NCBI GenBank assembly: GCA_049510335.1 | Contig: JBEKZA010000005.1 | Coordinates: forward strand, 10,763 to 74,762 | Direction: 5' to 3' | Source of the DNA: Sedimentisphaerales bacterium | Lineage (GTDB): Bacteria; Planctomycetota; Phycisphaerae; Sedimentisphaerales; Anaerobacaceae | Length of the DNA: 64,000 nt | Part shown: positions 1-9,606 of the stretch, in pieces | Position numbering within the stretch: position 1 is the stretch's first letter | How the letters are laid out: each line of letters opens with the position of its first letter | The notes under the pieces: generated by a model | What the model saw: the letters and a program-made list of their open reading frames with translations, nothing else | What the model was told of the DNA's origin: nothing | The model's database searches: none | Translations under genes and position numbers: made by a program

Positions 1-63
1 TGATGCGCCGTTCACAAATAAAATCAGCAAAGCGCCGAATGCGGTTTTGATATGCCGTCTCAT
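1..63 (-). CDS. Partial ORF, N-terminus only, running off the window start (MRRHIKTAFGALLILFVNGAS...). It has a hydrophobic signal/anchor. Its position downstream of a TolC-like gene hints at an efflux adaptor, but 21 aa cannot prove this.
   Basis: ATG at 63-61 with GGGGGA 6 nt upstream. Open to the window edge, so it is absent from the supplied ORF track. Confidence 0.3.
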   Translation of the reverse strand, partial: MRRHIKTAFGALLILFVNGAS

Positions 64-112
64 TTACTGTCCCCCTGCTTTTTTTGTAAGCATCCGTGTA
101 ATCTCGCCATGG

Positions 113-1435
113 CTAATCCAGTTTTGTCCCCGTCAACATTTCCAGTTCGGCCAGCTTCTGCCTGTTAATTGCCAGTGCCTTCTCGTATCCCAGTCGGTAC
201 GACAGCGAAACACGCCCTGTGTTGATTAAATCGGCAAGGTTCCGCGTTCCTGCGTAGTATTTCTTTTCCAGCGTCTTCAGCAGATTTTCACTTTTTGCGA
301 GCAATCCGTTTTTGTATAAGCGTATATGGCTGGAGCTGTCTTCGTAATCATACATCGCCTGTATGGCTCTGGCCAGCATGTTGTTCTCCGCTTCCATCCT
401 CTCCTGTTCCTTTTTTTGAATATCCATTTTTGTCTGCAACTGGGCTGCCTTGTAACTATCCCTCCCGAGGGGCACGCTCATCGAAAGCATCAGGAACATC
501 AGGTCTTTCTCGTCAGGTCTTATTCCCGACGTTATTGTCTGTTCCGTTCGAATAAAGTCAATTCCTACTCCTATGTCCGGGTAGAACTGTGCCCTTGCCA
601 GCTTCCCTTTGTCCATTGCCGCCTCTATCTCTTTGTCTAATTTTGCAAGCTCCGGATTTTTTTGCCGCAGCATATCCACCACAATTGTACGGTTAAGCTG
701 CACCGGCTTGAATTCTTCCGGTTCCGGGCGGGCGAGTTGGGCGTCTTTGGGCCTGTTAAGAAAAGAGTTCAGTTTCACCGCCGTCGGTGCTGTGAGATGT
801 TTCAGTTCCTCGAGCATATTTTCGAGTCCGGCCATTTCCATACGCGCAAACGTCACGTCTGCAACGCCCGCCGCCGTCAAGCTATATCGTTCATCCGCGG
901 CATCCTCGACCCGCGCGAGCGTCGCCAGATGCTCTTGTGTTGTCTCTGTTGCTTTTGTCAGATACACGTATTCGTAAAACGCCTCCTTCACCTCCAGGAA
1001 GAGCTGAAACTTCATCTCTTCGTATTTAAGGCGGGCCGCTTCCGCTTTTGCCTCCGCCTCGCTTTCTGCCGCAGCTTTTTTGCCGAACAACCCGAACGTC
1101 TGGCTTACTCCGACCCGCTGCCGCCCCGTCTCAACTTCCTGGATGTAGTAACCGTAGGTCAGCTTCGGGTCCAGAATCGCCTTTGCGTTCGGCACAGATG
1201 CCGCTGCCGTCTGCCATTGTTCAAAGGCCGCCTTCAAATCCGCGCTGTTCAGCGCCGCGTGTCGCAAATAGCCCTGAACTGTTCCTGATAATAAATCGGA
1301 ATTCGGCTCCTGCCTGCCCTCGAATGTTGTAGTCGGGGGTTGTTCTCCGCTTGTGCTGCCGGCAGCCGTGACCAGTAATATTATCACCGCCATCGCAACA
1401 ACCTTCGGCTTTATTTTGTGGGGATTTCTGGTCAT
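113..1435 (-). CDS. TolC-family outer membrane efflux protein
   Basis: The ORF 113..1492 translation has repeated coiled-coil/OEP-like halves and an LSYRLGYEKAL-type C-terminus. The likely start is the internal Met at 1435 (MTRNPHKIKPKVVAMAVIILLVTAAG signal peptide). Confidence 0.75.
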   Translation of the reverse strand: MTRNPHKIKPKVVAMAVIILLVTAAGSTSGEQPPTTTFEGRQEPNSDLLSGTVQGYLRHAALNSADLKAAFEQWQTAAASVPNAKAILDPKLTYGYYIQEVETGRQRVGVSQTFGLFGKKAAAESEAEAKAEAARLKYEEMKFQLFLEVKEAFYEYVYLTKATETTQEHLATLARVEDAADERYSLTAAGVADVTFARMEMAGLENMLEELKHLTAPTAVKLNSFLNRPKDAQLARPEPEEFKPVQLNRTIVVDMLRQKNPELAKLDKEIEAAMDKGKLARAQFYPDIGVGIDFIRTEQTITSGIRPDEKDLMFLMLSMSVPLGRDSYKAAQLQTKMDIQKKEQERMEAENNMLARAIQAMYDYEDSSSHIRLYKNGLLAKSENLLKTLEKKYYAGTRNLADLINTGRVSLSYRLGYEKALAINRQKLAELEMLTGTKLD

Positions 1436-1540
1436 TAGCCCTTTGCGTTCACTTTCGGTTTCAATATACGCCTCCTCCTGCCTTTCGTCCACCGTTAAAA
1501 CTTTTGGTTGTGATAATCAGTACGCTTATAATAATTGGCT

Positions 1541-2131
1541 ATGAGTGAAAAAATAGAACTGTTCACAATCGGCCATTCCAGCCGGACCTTCGACCATTTT
1601 CTCGCCCTGCTGCGCGAGTTCAAAATCGCTATCCTCGTCGATATCCGCCGCTTCCCCGGCTCACGGAAGTTCCCGCATTTCAATCGCCAGTCTCTCGAAA
1701 AGACACTGCCGGCAGCGGGTATTGATTATGTCTGGCTTGAAGACCTCGGCGGCCGAAGGTCAGGCGTCGATATTGCGGAATCGCCTAATCTCGGCCTCAG
1801 ACATTCCGCCTTTCGATACTACGCCGATTACATGCATACTGATTCGTTTCGTTCAGCCGTAAGCCGGCTCATGTCGGTTGCCTCTGAAAAACCGACTGCC
1901 GTAATGTGTGCCGAAAAACTCTTCTGGAAATGCCACCGCCGCTTGTTATCCGATTATATGGTCGCACAGGGCGTTCTTGTCGAGCACATTATGGATTCAG
2001 GGCATCTGCAATCGCACAAACTAAGCGCCGTCATCACAGCGGATTTGCGGGTAATTTATCCCTCGTCCGGTCCGGATGTAAATACTCCGTCGTTATTTTT
2101 TAGGGACAATTTGACATTCAAAAAAGAATAA
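1541..2131 (+). CDS. DUF488-family protein
   Basis: The N-terminus ELFTIGHSSRTFDHFLALLREFKIAILVDIRRFPGSRKFPHF is the typical DUF488 signature. ATG at 1541 lies inside ORF 1535..2131. Confidence 0.75.
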   Translation: MSEKIELFTIGHSSRTFDHFLALLREFKIAILVDIRRFPGSRKFPHFNRQSLEKTLPAAGIDYVWLEDLGGRRSGVDIAESPNLGLRHSAFRYYADYMHTDSFRSAVSRLMSVASEKPTAVMCAEKLFWKCHRRLLSDYMVAQGVLVEHIMDSGHLQSHKLSAVITADLRVIYPSSGPDVNTPSLFFRDNLTFKKE

Positions 2132-2206
2132 TGTAGAATAACGCGTTCTCACGACATGGTTTACACCACGTCCTGAAGGTTCGCTAATCCATTTTGAGAT
2201 TTTCGT

Positions 2207-4063
2207 ATGTATTCGGATTATATTCGTAATGTTGCGATAATCGCCCACGTTGACCACGGCAAGACCACGCTGGTTGACCGGATGCTGTATCAATCGGGGA
2301 TGTTTCGGGTCGAAGAGCTGGACAAGCTCGCCGGCGGCGAGTTCGGCCTCATTATGGATTCAAACCCCCTCGAACGTGAACGCGGCATCACAATCCTGAG
2401 TAAAAATTGCGCGATTACCTATAAGGACTCCAAAGGCCGCGAATACAAAATCAATATAATCGACACCCCGGGCCACGCCGATTTCGGGGGCGAGGTCGAG
2501 CGGGTCCTCAAAATGGCCGACGGCGTCCTTCTCCTCGTTGACGCCTTCGAAGGCCCTATGCCCCAGACAAGGTTCGTCCTCACCAAGGCCCTGGAGCTCA
2601 AGATAAAACCCATAGTCGTCATTAACAAGGTTGACCGCGAAAACAGCCGGCCCGACGATGTCGTCAACGAGGTCTTTGATTTGTTCGTGCAGCTCGGTGC
2701 CAGTGACGACTCCCTTGATTTTCCCATCATTTACGCCTCGGCAAGGGAGGGCTGGGCGACGACGAAACTTGAAAAGAAAACCACCAATCTTAAGGTCATC
2801 TTCGATACCATCATCAAAAAAATCCCTCCTCCAAAGGCCGTCCCAGATGCTCCGCTGCAAATGCTTGTTACCAATCTCGAATATTCTGACTACGTCGGGC
2901 GAATTGCGATAGGCAGGGTCTTCGCCGGCCGCGTAGCCGAGGGCCAGGCGGTAACCGTAATCAACAACGCAGGCGTGCATACCCAGCAAAAAATTATGCA
3001 AATCCACCAGTTCCAGGGTCTCAGCCGAAAACGCGTCTCTGATGTTGAAGCCGGCGATATATGCGCAATCTCAGGCCTCGACCCCATCGAAATCGGCGAT
3101 ACCATCGCCTGCGCCGATAATCCCTCGCCGCTGGCAATCATCTCCGTCGATGAGCCGACAATGACAATGACCTTCAGGGTCAACGACGGCCCATTCGCCG
3201 GAAGAGACGGCAAATACGTTACCAGCCGGCAAATCGGCGAACGACTCGAAAAAGAGCTCCAGGGCAACGTCGCCCTGCGAGTTGCGCCAGGCGAGACCAC
3301 CGAAGAATTCAACGTCTCGGGCCGGGGTCTTATGCACTTAGGTATCCTGCTGGAAAATATGCGCCGCGAGGGTTTTGAGATTTGCGTGGGCAAGCCCAAT
3401 GTCATCATCAAAACCATCGACGGCATACCTCACGAGCCGGTTGAGCTTCTCGCTATTGATTGCCCTATGGATTGCCAAAGTGCGGTAATGAGCTTGTTAG
3501 GCGACCGAAGGAGCGAAATGATTAAGTTGGACGCCAAAACCGGCGCATCCGGCTTTATTCATATAGAATTCTTCATCCCATCCCGCGGTCTTTTCGGCCT
3601 GAATGCCCGGATGATGAACGCCACACAGGGAAAGGCCGTTATGCATCACTCCTTCGAAAGATACGAGCCGATGAAAGGCGCCATTCCCCGGCGAAAAGCA
3701 GGCGTTATGATTGCCACTACCACAGGCACCGTAACCGCTTATGCCCTCGACGCCCTCTATGACCGCGGTTTCTTCTTCGTCGAGCCGGGCGAACAGGTCT
3801 ATGAAGGTCAAGTCGTTGGCGAGCACTGCAAGGAAGACGATATAACCGTTAACGCGGTAAAAGCCAAACAACTGACCAATATGCGCGCCGCCGGCAAAGA
3901 CGATGCCGCACGAGTCAAACCGCCCCGAAAGATGGCCCTTGAGGTCGCGATGGCATACATCCAGCAAGATGAGCTTGTTGAGATTTGCCCCAATTCCGTT
4001 AGAATCCGCAAACGCTTCCTCAAGGAATCCGACCGCCGACGCCAGGCCCGCAAATCCGAGTAA
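2207..4063 (+). CDS. typA: Translational GTPase TypA/BipA
   Basis: [22 protein letters not shown] (G1), [12 protein letters not shown] (G3), NKVDR (G4). The 618 aa length and the C-terminal BipA-specific region also fit. Confidence 0.95.
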   Translation: MYSDYIRNVAIIAHVDHGKTTLVDRMLYQSGMFRVEELDKLAGGEFGLIMDSNPLERERGITILSKNCAITYKDSKGREYKINIIDTPGHADFGGEVERVLKMADGVLLLVDAFEGPMPQTRFVLTKALELKIKPIVVINKVDRENSRPDDVVNEVFDLFVQLGASDDSLDFPIIYASAREGWATTKLEKKTTNLKVIFDTIIKKIPPPKAVPDAPLQMLVTNLEYSDYVGRIAIGRVFAGRVAEGQAVTVINNAGVHTQQKIMQIHQFQGLSRKRVSDVEAGDICAISGLDPIEIGDTIACADNPSPLAIISVDEPTMTMTFRVNDGPFAGRDGKYVTSRQIGERLEKELQGNVALRVAPGETTEEFNVSGRGLMHLGILLENMRREGFEICVGKPNVIIKTIDGIPHEPVELLAIDCPMDCQSAVMSLLGDRRSEMIKLDAKTGASGFIHIEFFIPSRGLFGLNARMMNATQGKAVMHHSFERYEPMKGAIPRRKAGVMIATTTGTVTAYALDALYDRGFFFVEPGEQVYEGQVVGEHCKEDDITVNAVKAKQLTNMRAAGKDDAARVKPPRKMALEVAMAYIQQDELVEICPNSVRIRKRFLKESDRRRQARKSE

Positions 4064-4064
4064 T

Positions 4065-4092
4065 GACGGTTGGTTTTTCCCGTCGGTTTTTA
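4065..4092 (+). terminator. Putative rho-independent terminator after typA
   Basis: GACGG / CCGTC stem immediately after the stop codon, followed by GGTTTTTATT. Confidence 0.5.
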
Positions 4093-4207
4093 TTCGCCAT
4101 TTAAAAAAACACTCCCAGCAAACACGATGGCCCTATAATATCTGGCGTCAATGCACGCAACTAAGAGAGCAGAAAGTTTTTTCGAGAAACGCCACAAATT
4201 ACCCAAA

Positions 4208-4282
4208 TAATCTAATCCTCCCAAATTAACATTGCCGATAAATTCAGGAAAGGCAAGACACTCTAATATGGAGATTAGATTA
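4208..4282 (+). promoter_or_regulatory. Predicted leader helix sequestering the Shine-Dalgarno sequence and start codon of the PilZ gene
   Basis: UAAUCUAAUCCUCC (4208-4221) is complementary to GGAGAUUAGAUUA (4270-4282). That is 13 bp with one bulged C. The 3' arm contains the GGAG SD and the first base of the AUG. Confidence 0.35.
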
Positions 4283-4608
4283 TGGAAACGATGGTAGAAC
4301 AGCGCGGAAGTGTAAGAACAGAGGTATTTTGGCCGGTCAGCGTCTGGCTTCCGGAGGCGAACAGGTTTTTTAACGGCAGAAGCTCAAACATCAGCAAGAC
4401 CGGTGTTCTGGTTCGCCTGCCACTCACTACCCCTCTGCAGGCGGGCAGCACAGTCGAGCTGAATTTTCCGCGGACGATGGTCCTGGCAAAGAGAAAGGGC
4501 TGCTTTGCGCGGATAAAGAGCGGGAAGATAGTGCGAGTTGAACGCGGCGGATTGCTGGATGATACTACAATAGGTGTCGGTATTGTTTTTGAAGGAATTG
4601 AATCGTAG
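4282..4608 (+). CDS. PilZ-domain protein (putative c-di-GMP receptor)
   Basis: An RxxxR motif (RGSVR) near the N-terminus and a D/NxSxxG motif (NISKTG). 108 aa single-domain size. Confidence 0.75.
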   Translation: METMVEQRGSVRTEVFWPVSVWLPEANRFFNGRSSNISKTGVLVRLPLTTPLQAGSTVELNFPRTMVLAKRKGCFARIKSGKIVRVERGGLLDDTTIGVGIVFEGIES

Positions 4609-4686
4609 CGTCCTTTTCTGCTTTTTTGCAATAAGTAAATGATTTCATAGAGCATTTACTGTCAGCACACGATAGAGGGAAAAAGA

Positions 4687-5529
4687 GTGACCGGCGATAT
4701 GGTATGTCGCCGGTCAATTTTTTTGCGCTGTAGCGTTCCGCGGCGCGGCTTTATAATCTTGTTTATGCTGCTGTTCAAGAGATGGCGTCGAAAAAAGATA
4801 GCAGGTCGGGTTTTCCCGCTGGCGTGGCTGCGTATTATCGAGAGCAACGTCTCAATCTATCGCAAATTACCGACAGCCGACAAGGAAGAATTGCGGCGGC
4901 ATATACTCATATTCCTGGCCGAGAAGCGATTTGTCGGCTGCGGCGGGCTTAAAATCACCGACGAGATAAAGGTGACGATTGCCGCCCAGGCGTGTGTGCT
5001 GCTGCTGCACCGCAAGACCGATTACTATCCGGGATTGCGCACCATACTTGTTTATCCGGCTGCTTACGTTGCAAAGGCGAGCAGGCACCTTCCCGGCGGG
5101 ATTGTGGAGGAAGGATTTGACGTTCGCCTGGGCGAGTCGTGGCATCACGGCTCGGTTGTGCTTTCGTGGGATGACGTCAGGCGGGACGCGGCGGACATTC
5201 ACGATGGCCACAACGTCGTTTTCCACGAGTTCGCACACCAGTTGGACAGCTCATCCGGCAAAGGTGACAGCAGCACAGTGCTGCAACGTCCGTCTACATT
5301 CATCGCCTGGGCGCGAGTCCTTCATAAAAGTTACGAGCAATTGCGACGCGACATCGACACGAATAAACCCACCCTGCTGCGGTCGTATGCTGCGGAAGAT
5401 CCCGCGGAGTTCTTTGCCGTGGCGACGGAATACTTTTTTGAACGGCCGGATGAATTACAGAAAACCTACCCTGACCTGTATCAGGAGCTGAAGAATTTTT
5501 ACCATCAGGACCCCGCTGAGCCGGGTTAG
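4687..5529 (+). CDS. mtfA: MtfA-like zinc metallopeptidase (peptidase M90 family)
   Basis: HEFAHQLD zinc motif, WHHGSVVLSWDDV and a C-terminal EFFAVATEYFFERP block typical of MtfA. The start is uncertain (GTG 4687, ATG 4699 or ATG 4765). Confidence 0.75.
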   Translation: MTGDMVCRRSIFLRCSVPRRGFIILFMLLFKRWRRKKIAGRVFPLAWLRIIESNVSIYRKLPTADKEELRRHILIFLAEKRFVGCGGLKITDEIKVTIAAQACVLLLHRKTDYYPGLRTILVYPAAYVAKASRHLPGGIVEEGFDVRLGESWHHGSVVLSWDDVRRDAADIHDGHNVVFHEFAHQLDSSSGKGDSSTVLQRPSTFIAWARVLHKSYEQLRRDIDTNKPTLLRSYAAEDPAEFFAVATEYFFERPDELQKTYPDLYQELKNFYHQDPAEPG

Positions 5530-5614
5530 CGGATTCAGGACGCAAGACCGCAAACCGGAGACAAAAAACAAGATTGCGGATTACACGAAATTTTTGTAAA
5601 TAACAAATATAACG

Positions 5615-6379
5615 TTACCAGAGGCCCGGCAGAAGGCGATATTTTGTCTTTTTGGTGTAGTCGGAATAACCGGGAAGCTCTTTTTGAAGTGTTATGTCCT
5701 CGAGATATGTGCGGATAATGATTAAGACAATAGTGACGGCGGCGGGAATCAGTGCATAGAGGGAGCCGAGAAGCAAGGCCATAGCAGGCAAAAGGACGAT
5801 AATCCCGGCGTAGCCGGGATGACGAACAAAGCGATAAGGGCCTTCGGTGATAACGTAGTGGCCTCTGTCGGTCTGGATGCGAACCCTGCTGGAAAAAAAC
5901 TTATTGGTCAACATAGCCCACAGAACACCGCAATAACTCAGAAGCGTCAAAACGAACGCCAAAGGATAGAGGAAAATGGGCAGTTCAGACGACCAGTGGA
6001 ATCGGCCCGCATCGAGGGCGGCGATCAGGATAATCGAAACAGCCAAGGGAACGTAGAGGGCTAAGAAGATTTTGTCCCACCATTTGACGCCCGGGCCGGG
6101 TTTGAATCGTTCCTGGATTAGCTCCTTGTTGTTTTTGGCAAACCGCGCGGTAAACGTCACCATCAATACAAGATACATTACAATGACCAGCCAGCCCTGC
6201 CAGTAATTGAGTCGGCCAGCCAATACGAAGACGGCAACCCACGCAAGAACGATACCGACGAAGGCGCGTATCACCATTCGCGGGTATGAGGGCTTTTTCT
6301 TTATGTCGTTTTGTGCGTTGTCCATTTTATGCGATTTTGGCTTTTCAAACAGCACCCAAACGGATAAGCTTTGAGCCAA
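5615..6379 (-). CDS. Isoprenylcysteine carboxyl methyltransferase (ICMT)/phospholipid methyltransferase-family membrane protein
   Basis: Multi-pass hydrophobic protein with GPYRFVRHPGYAG and a C-terminal EE..L motif (YLEDITLQKELPGY). The start is uncertain (6379 or 6325). Confidence 0.75.
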   Translation of the reverse strand: MAQSLSVWVLFEKPKSHKMDNAQNDIKKKPSYPRMVIRAFVGIVLAWVAVFVLAGRLNYWQGWLVIVMYLVLMVTFTARFAKNNKELIQERFKPGPGVKWWDKIFLALYVPLAVSIILIAALDAGRFHWSSELPIFLYPLAFVLTLLSYCGVLWAMLTNKFFSSRVRIQTDRGHYVITEGPYRFVRHPGYAGIIVLLPAMALLLGSLYALIPAAVTIVLIIIRTYLEDITLQKELPGYSDYTKKTKYRLLPGLW

Positions 6380-6417
6380 ACTATAGTTTATTTCAGAATT
6401 ATATGAAAGGAGAAGAT

Positions 6418-6714
6418 ATGCTTTGTTGTGCCAATACAGTCCATACAGGTCCTTGCGACATTGCTCCGGTGCTTATTGTAATGTTCGTAGGGCTTGTACT
6501 GATGGCGGTTCTTGTCGTAGCCATAGTAAAGACATGGATTTACTGCAGGATTTTCTCCAAGGCCGGCTATGGCTGGGCCTGGGGACTGCTGACGCTGGTG
6601 CCCGTTGCCAACATCATAATGCCGTTTGTGCTGGCTCTGGGCGACTGGCCGGTGCAGAAGGAGCTTCGTCTGTTCAAACAACAGACAGGTGCGGGCAAGC
6701 CACAGGCGAAATAA
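6418..6714 (+). CDS. Small two-TM membrane protein, function unknown
   Basis: AAAGGAGAAG RBS upstream of ATG 6418. Two hydrophobic helices followed by a charged tail. Confidence 0.55.
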   Translation: MLCCANTVHTGPCDIAPVLIVMFVGLVLMAVLVVAIVKTWIYCRIFSKAGYGWAWGLLTLVPVANIIMPFVLALGDWPVQKELRLFKQQTGAGKPQAK

Positions 6715-6750
6715 TTTTTTTGCGACACAATTAAAAACAGGAGAAAGGAT

Positions 6751-7665
6751 ATGGACACTTTGCGTCCACAGCACGTAAGCGTAATCGATCCGATTAGGCC
6801 TGCCATCGAGCACGTTCGATTGATGCTGTTTAAGCCGTTTGATATTTCGAAGTGGCTGACGGTTGGCTTCTGCGCCTGGCTGGCGTACCTTGGCGAGGGC
6901 AGTGGTGGTTCGGGGTTCAATTACTCGATGAACGACCACAATACATCCGTAATCAAAGACCATATATTTACGTATCTGCCATTGATAATCATAGGGGTGG
7001 TAATAGCCATACCGATATTCATAATAATAGGTCTGGTCCTTTGCTGGCTGCGGAGCAGGAGCCAGTTTATGTTCGTTCACTGCATCGCGGGCAACAAGGC
7101 AGAGGTTGTAGCCCCCTGGAACAAGTTCGCCGGTCAGGGCAATTCGCTTTTTTTGTTCCGCGTCGTTGTCGGGCTGATAGGTTTCGCGGTTGTGGGTTTG
7201 CCGCTGGCGATTGCTGTCGTTGCGACTATTGCGCTGCATCAAACAGGATTGGTTGCGGGGGTGGTATCGGGCCTGCTCGTGGCTGTTTTAGGCGTCGTTG
7301 GGGCCGCCATTTTGTTTATTTTAATCGCAAAGCTCACTACCGATTTTGTTGTGCCGATTATGTTTCTGCGCACGACGAGCTGCATCGCCGGCTGGCGAGA
7401 ATTCCTCGTTCTGCTCAGTTGCAACAAGGCACGCATAGCGTTCTATATTCTTTTTCAGATTATGATATCGCTGGCCATCTTCTTCGTTATTATCACCGTC
7501 TGCGTGATAGGATGCTGCTGTTGCTGCGCGAGTTTGCTTTTGTTTGTGCCATACGTTGGGACAGTGATTCTATTGCCTATTTTTGTTTTCAAACGGGCGT
7601 ATTCGCTTTTTTATCTGCGCCAGTTCGGGGCACAATTCGATGTTTTTAGCGGGCAGGTGTTATAA
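6751..7665 (+). CDS. Multi-pass membrane protein, function unknown, with an intramembrane CCCCC run
   Basis: GGAGAAAGG RBS before ATG 6751. About 6 hydrophobic segments. Five consecutive Cys codons at 7513-7527. Confidence 0.6.
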   Translation: MDTLRPQHVSVIDPIRPAIEHVRLMLFKPFDISKWLTVGFCAWLAYLGEGSGGSGFNYSMNDHNTSVIKDHIFTYLPLIIIGVVIAIPIFIIIGLVLCWLRSRSQFMFVHCIAGNKAEVVAPWNKFAGQGNSLFLFRVVVGLIGFAVVGLPLAIAVVATIALHQTGLVAGVVSGLLVAVLGVVGAAILFILIAKLTTDFVVPIMFLRTTSCIAGWREFLVLLSCNKARIAFYILFQIMISLAIFFVIITVCVIGCCCCCASLLLFVPYVGTVILLPIFVFKRAYSLFYLRQFGAQFDVFSGQVL

Positions 7666-7671
7666 GCGGCT

Positions 7672-8847
7672 ATGTCCGGCGAGGATAGAAAGCGACTGAT
7701 TTTCATAAGTGCGGCCGAACCAAGCGCCGACAGGCACTGTGCGGGCCTGATTCGCGCGATGCGGCAGAAGCGGCGCGATATTGAGTTTGTGGGGCTGGGC
7801 GGGCCGAAAATGGCCGAGGCCGGCTGCACGCTCATCGAAAATACCGTCGGACGTGCCGCGATGGCATATAATGCCTTTGCGCATGTTTTTTACTACTACC
7901 GGCTGATAAGGCGGGTAGCCAGATTTCTGGCGACGAATAAAGTTGAGATGGTCATCGTTTGCGATTCGCCTGCGTTCAATTTTCACGTTGCAAAGGCCGC
8001 AAAGAAGCTCGGCATAAAGACGCTTTTTTACGTCGCCCCGCAGCTTTGGGCGTGGGCGCCCTGGCGAATCGGCAAACTGCGAAAGCACTGCGACAAACTG
8101 TGCTGCATTTTGCCCTTCGAGCAGGAGTGGTTCGCCAGCCGGGGCGTGCCTGCTGAATTCGTTGGTAATCCCCTGTTTGATGAGATTACATCGTCGGACC
8201 TTGCTGGCGCCAGGCGAAATTATGCCGGCTTCAATCCTGCAAATGCGAGAGTAGCAATTATACCCGGCTCCAGGCCCGCGGAGGTGGGGACGTTGTGGCG
8301 ACCGATGCAGCAGATAGCGATTGCGCTGCGCAGGAAATACCCGAACCTGACATTCACAACGGTGGCCGTTGACGAACCGACGAGAAGCGCGCTGGATTCC
8401 ACCCGCCTTATGGGCTTTCGGACCACTTACGCGATTGACGCAGTTTATCAGACGGCCAGAAATTGCGACTTCGCGATTGTCGCAAGCGGCAGCGCCACTT
8501 TGCAGGTGGCCTCGGCGGGCTGCCCGATGGTGATTATGTATAAGACCAATCCGGTATTGTGGCACCTGTTTGGCCGATGGCTGGTTATCACCAAATACCT
8601 GTCTTTGGTCAATATTCTCGCGGACAGGCAGTCCTTGGGCGGCAAGCCCGGGGCAGAACCTCTCGTGCCTGAGTTTATGCCGTATTTTAGCTCAATCGAA
8701 CCAATCGTCGAAACAATCCATGGGCTGTTCGAGGACAAGAGCCGACTGAGTCAAATCAGCGCCGACCTGCTTTCTGTTGTGCGGCCACTGACGGCCAAAA
8801 AAGCCGGCAACGAGGTCGCCTGGATAGCTGCGTCGATGCTTGGCTGA
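7672..8847 (+). CDS. lpxB: Lipid-A-disaccharide synthase
   Basis: LIFISAAEPSADRHCAGLIRAM, GGPKM, VASGSATLQ blocks. 391 aa. Confidence 0.9.
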   Translation: MSGEDRKRLIFISAAEPSADRHCAGLIRAMRQKRRDIEFVGLGGPKMAEAGCTLIENTVGRAAMAYNAFAHVFYYYRLIRRVARFLATNKVEMVIVCDSPAFNFHVAKAAKKLGIKTLFYVAPQLWAWAPWRIGKLRKHCDKLCCILPFEQEWFASRGVPAEFVGNPLFDEITSSDLAGARRNYAGFNPANARVAIIPGSRPAEVGTLWRPMQQIAIALRRKYPNLTFTTVAVDEPTRSALDSTRLMGFRTTYAIDAVYQTARNCDFAIVASGSATLQVASAGCPMVIMYKTNPVLWHLFGRWLVITKYLSLVNILADRQSLGGKPGAEPLVPEFMPYFSSIEPIVETIHGLFEDKSRLSQISADLLSVVRPLTAKKAGNEVAWIAASMLG

Positions 8848-8886
8848 ACCGCTGGCGTCATTTCTTTCACCGGTTAACTGCGGGGG

Positions 8887-8950
8887 AAAAAAACAAGGAG
8901 ACGAGGCACCCCCCCGTTGCACGGGTTAGTCGGTTAGCAACCCCGTCTCC
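8887..8950 (-). terminator. Large structured rho-independent terminator downstream of rpiB (minus strand)
   Basis: On the minus strand, GGAGACGGGG ... CCUCGUCUCC form a 10 bp stem including one G-U pair. The stem encloses an inner CCCG-UGCAA-CGGG hairpin and is followed by UUGUUUUUUU. Confidence 0.5.
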
Positions 8951-9132
8951 CTTCGAAGAAGAGAGGAGAAGAGAAGAGCAAGTGTTAATGTTCTAACTGT
9001 TCCGTTTAAAATATAGGTAATGTTTCGGGGGAATCCAAAAAGGAGATACGATTTTTTTTGTTGCAGACTGATAGTTATAGATAGTGAGCGGCGAAGACGC
9101 CGGAGGGATTAATTCACCGTATGCCCGGTGGA

Positions 9133-9606
9133 TTAATCAGAGTTGTTTTTTATGGACGTTGGGTCTTTGTCCTGTTCGATGGCCTGTATTTTGCGGACCC
9201 TTCTGAGGTGTCTGCCGCCGGCAAAATCGGTGCCGAGCCAGACCTCGACCATTCTGCGCAAAAGCACTTCGCCGAGCAGCTCGCCCGAGACACAAAGCAC
9301 GTTGGCGTCATTATGGTGGCGTGAAATGCGGGCGCTTAGCTCGTCATAGCACAAAGCCGCCCTGACGCCTTTTACTTTGTTGGCGCTGATGCTCATTCCT
9401 ATTCCGGTGCCACAGGCCAGAATCGCCCTGTCTGCCTTTTTTTCGGCTACGGCCTTGGCAGCACGATAAGCCGGGTCCGGATAATCGACCGGATTGTTGT
9501 CGAGCGTTCCGACGTCGATACATTCGTGGCCGAGCTGGGTGACGATGGTTTTTATCAGCTCTTTGACCTTGTAACCGCGATGGTCGCTTCCAACCACTAC
9601 TTTCAT
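9133..9606 (-). CDS. rpiB: Ribose-5-phosphate isomerase B
   Basis: MKVVVGSDHRGYKVKE..., CGTGIGMSISANK, 157 aa. Its start overlaps the upstream stop codon (ATGA). Confidence 0.9.
   Translation of the reverse strand: MKVVVGSDHRGYKVKELIKTIVTQLGHECIDVGTLDNNPVDYPDPAYRAAKAVAEKKADRAILACGTGIGMSISANKVKGVRAALCYDELSARISRHHNDANVLCVSGELLGEVLLRRMVEVWLGTDFAGGRHLRRVRKIQAIEQDKDPTSIKNNSD

Noticed and set aside
6388-8565. Long antisense or alternative-frame ORFs (6388..7242 -, 6852..7649 +, 7660..8565 -)
   Set aside because: They overlap membrane-protein and lpxB genes that have clear motifs. Their translations are Arg/Gly/Cys-rich with no domains. These are typical GC-rich shadow frames.
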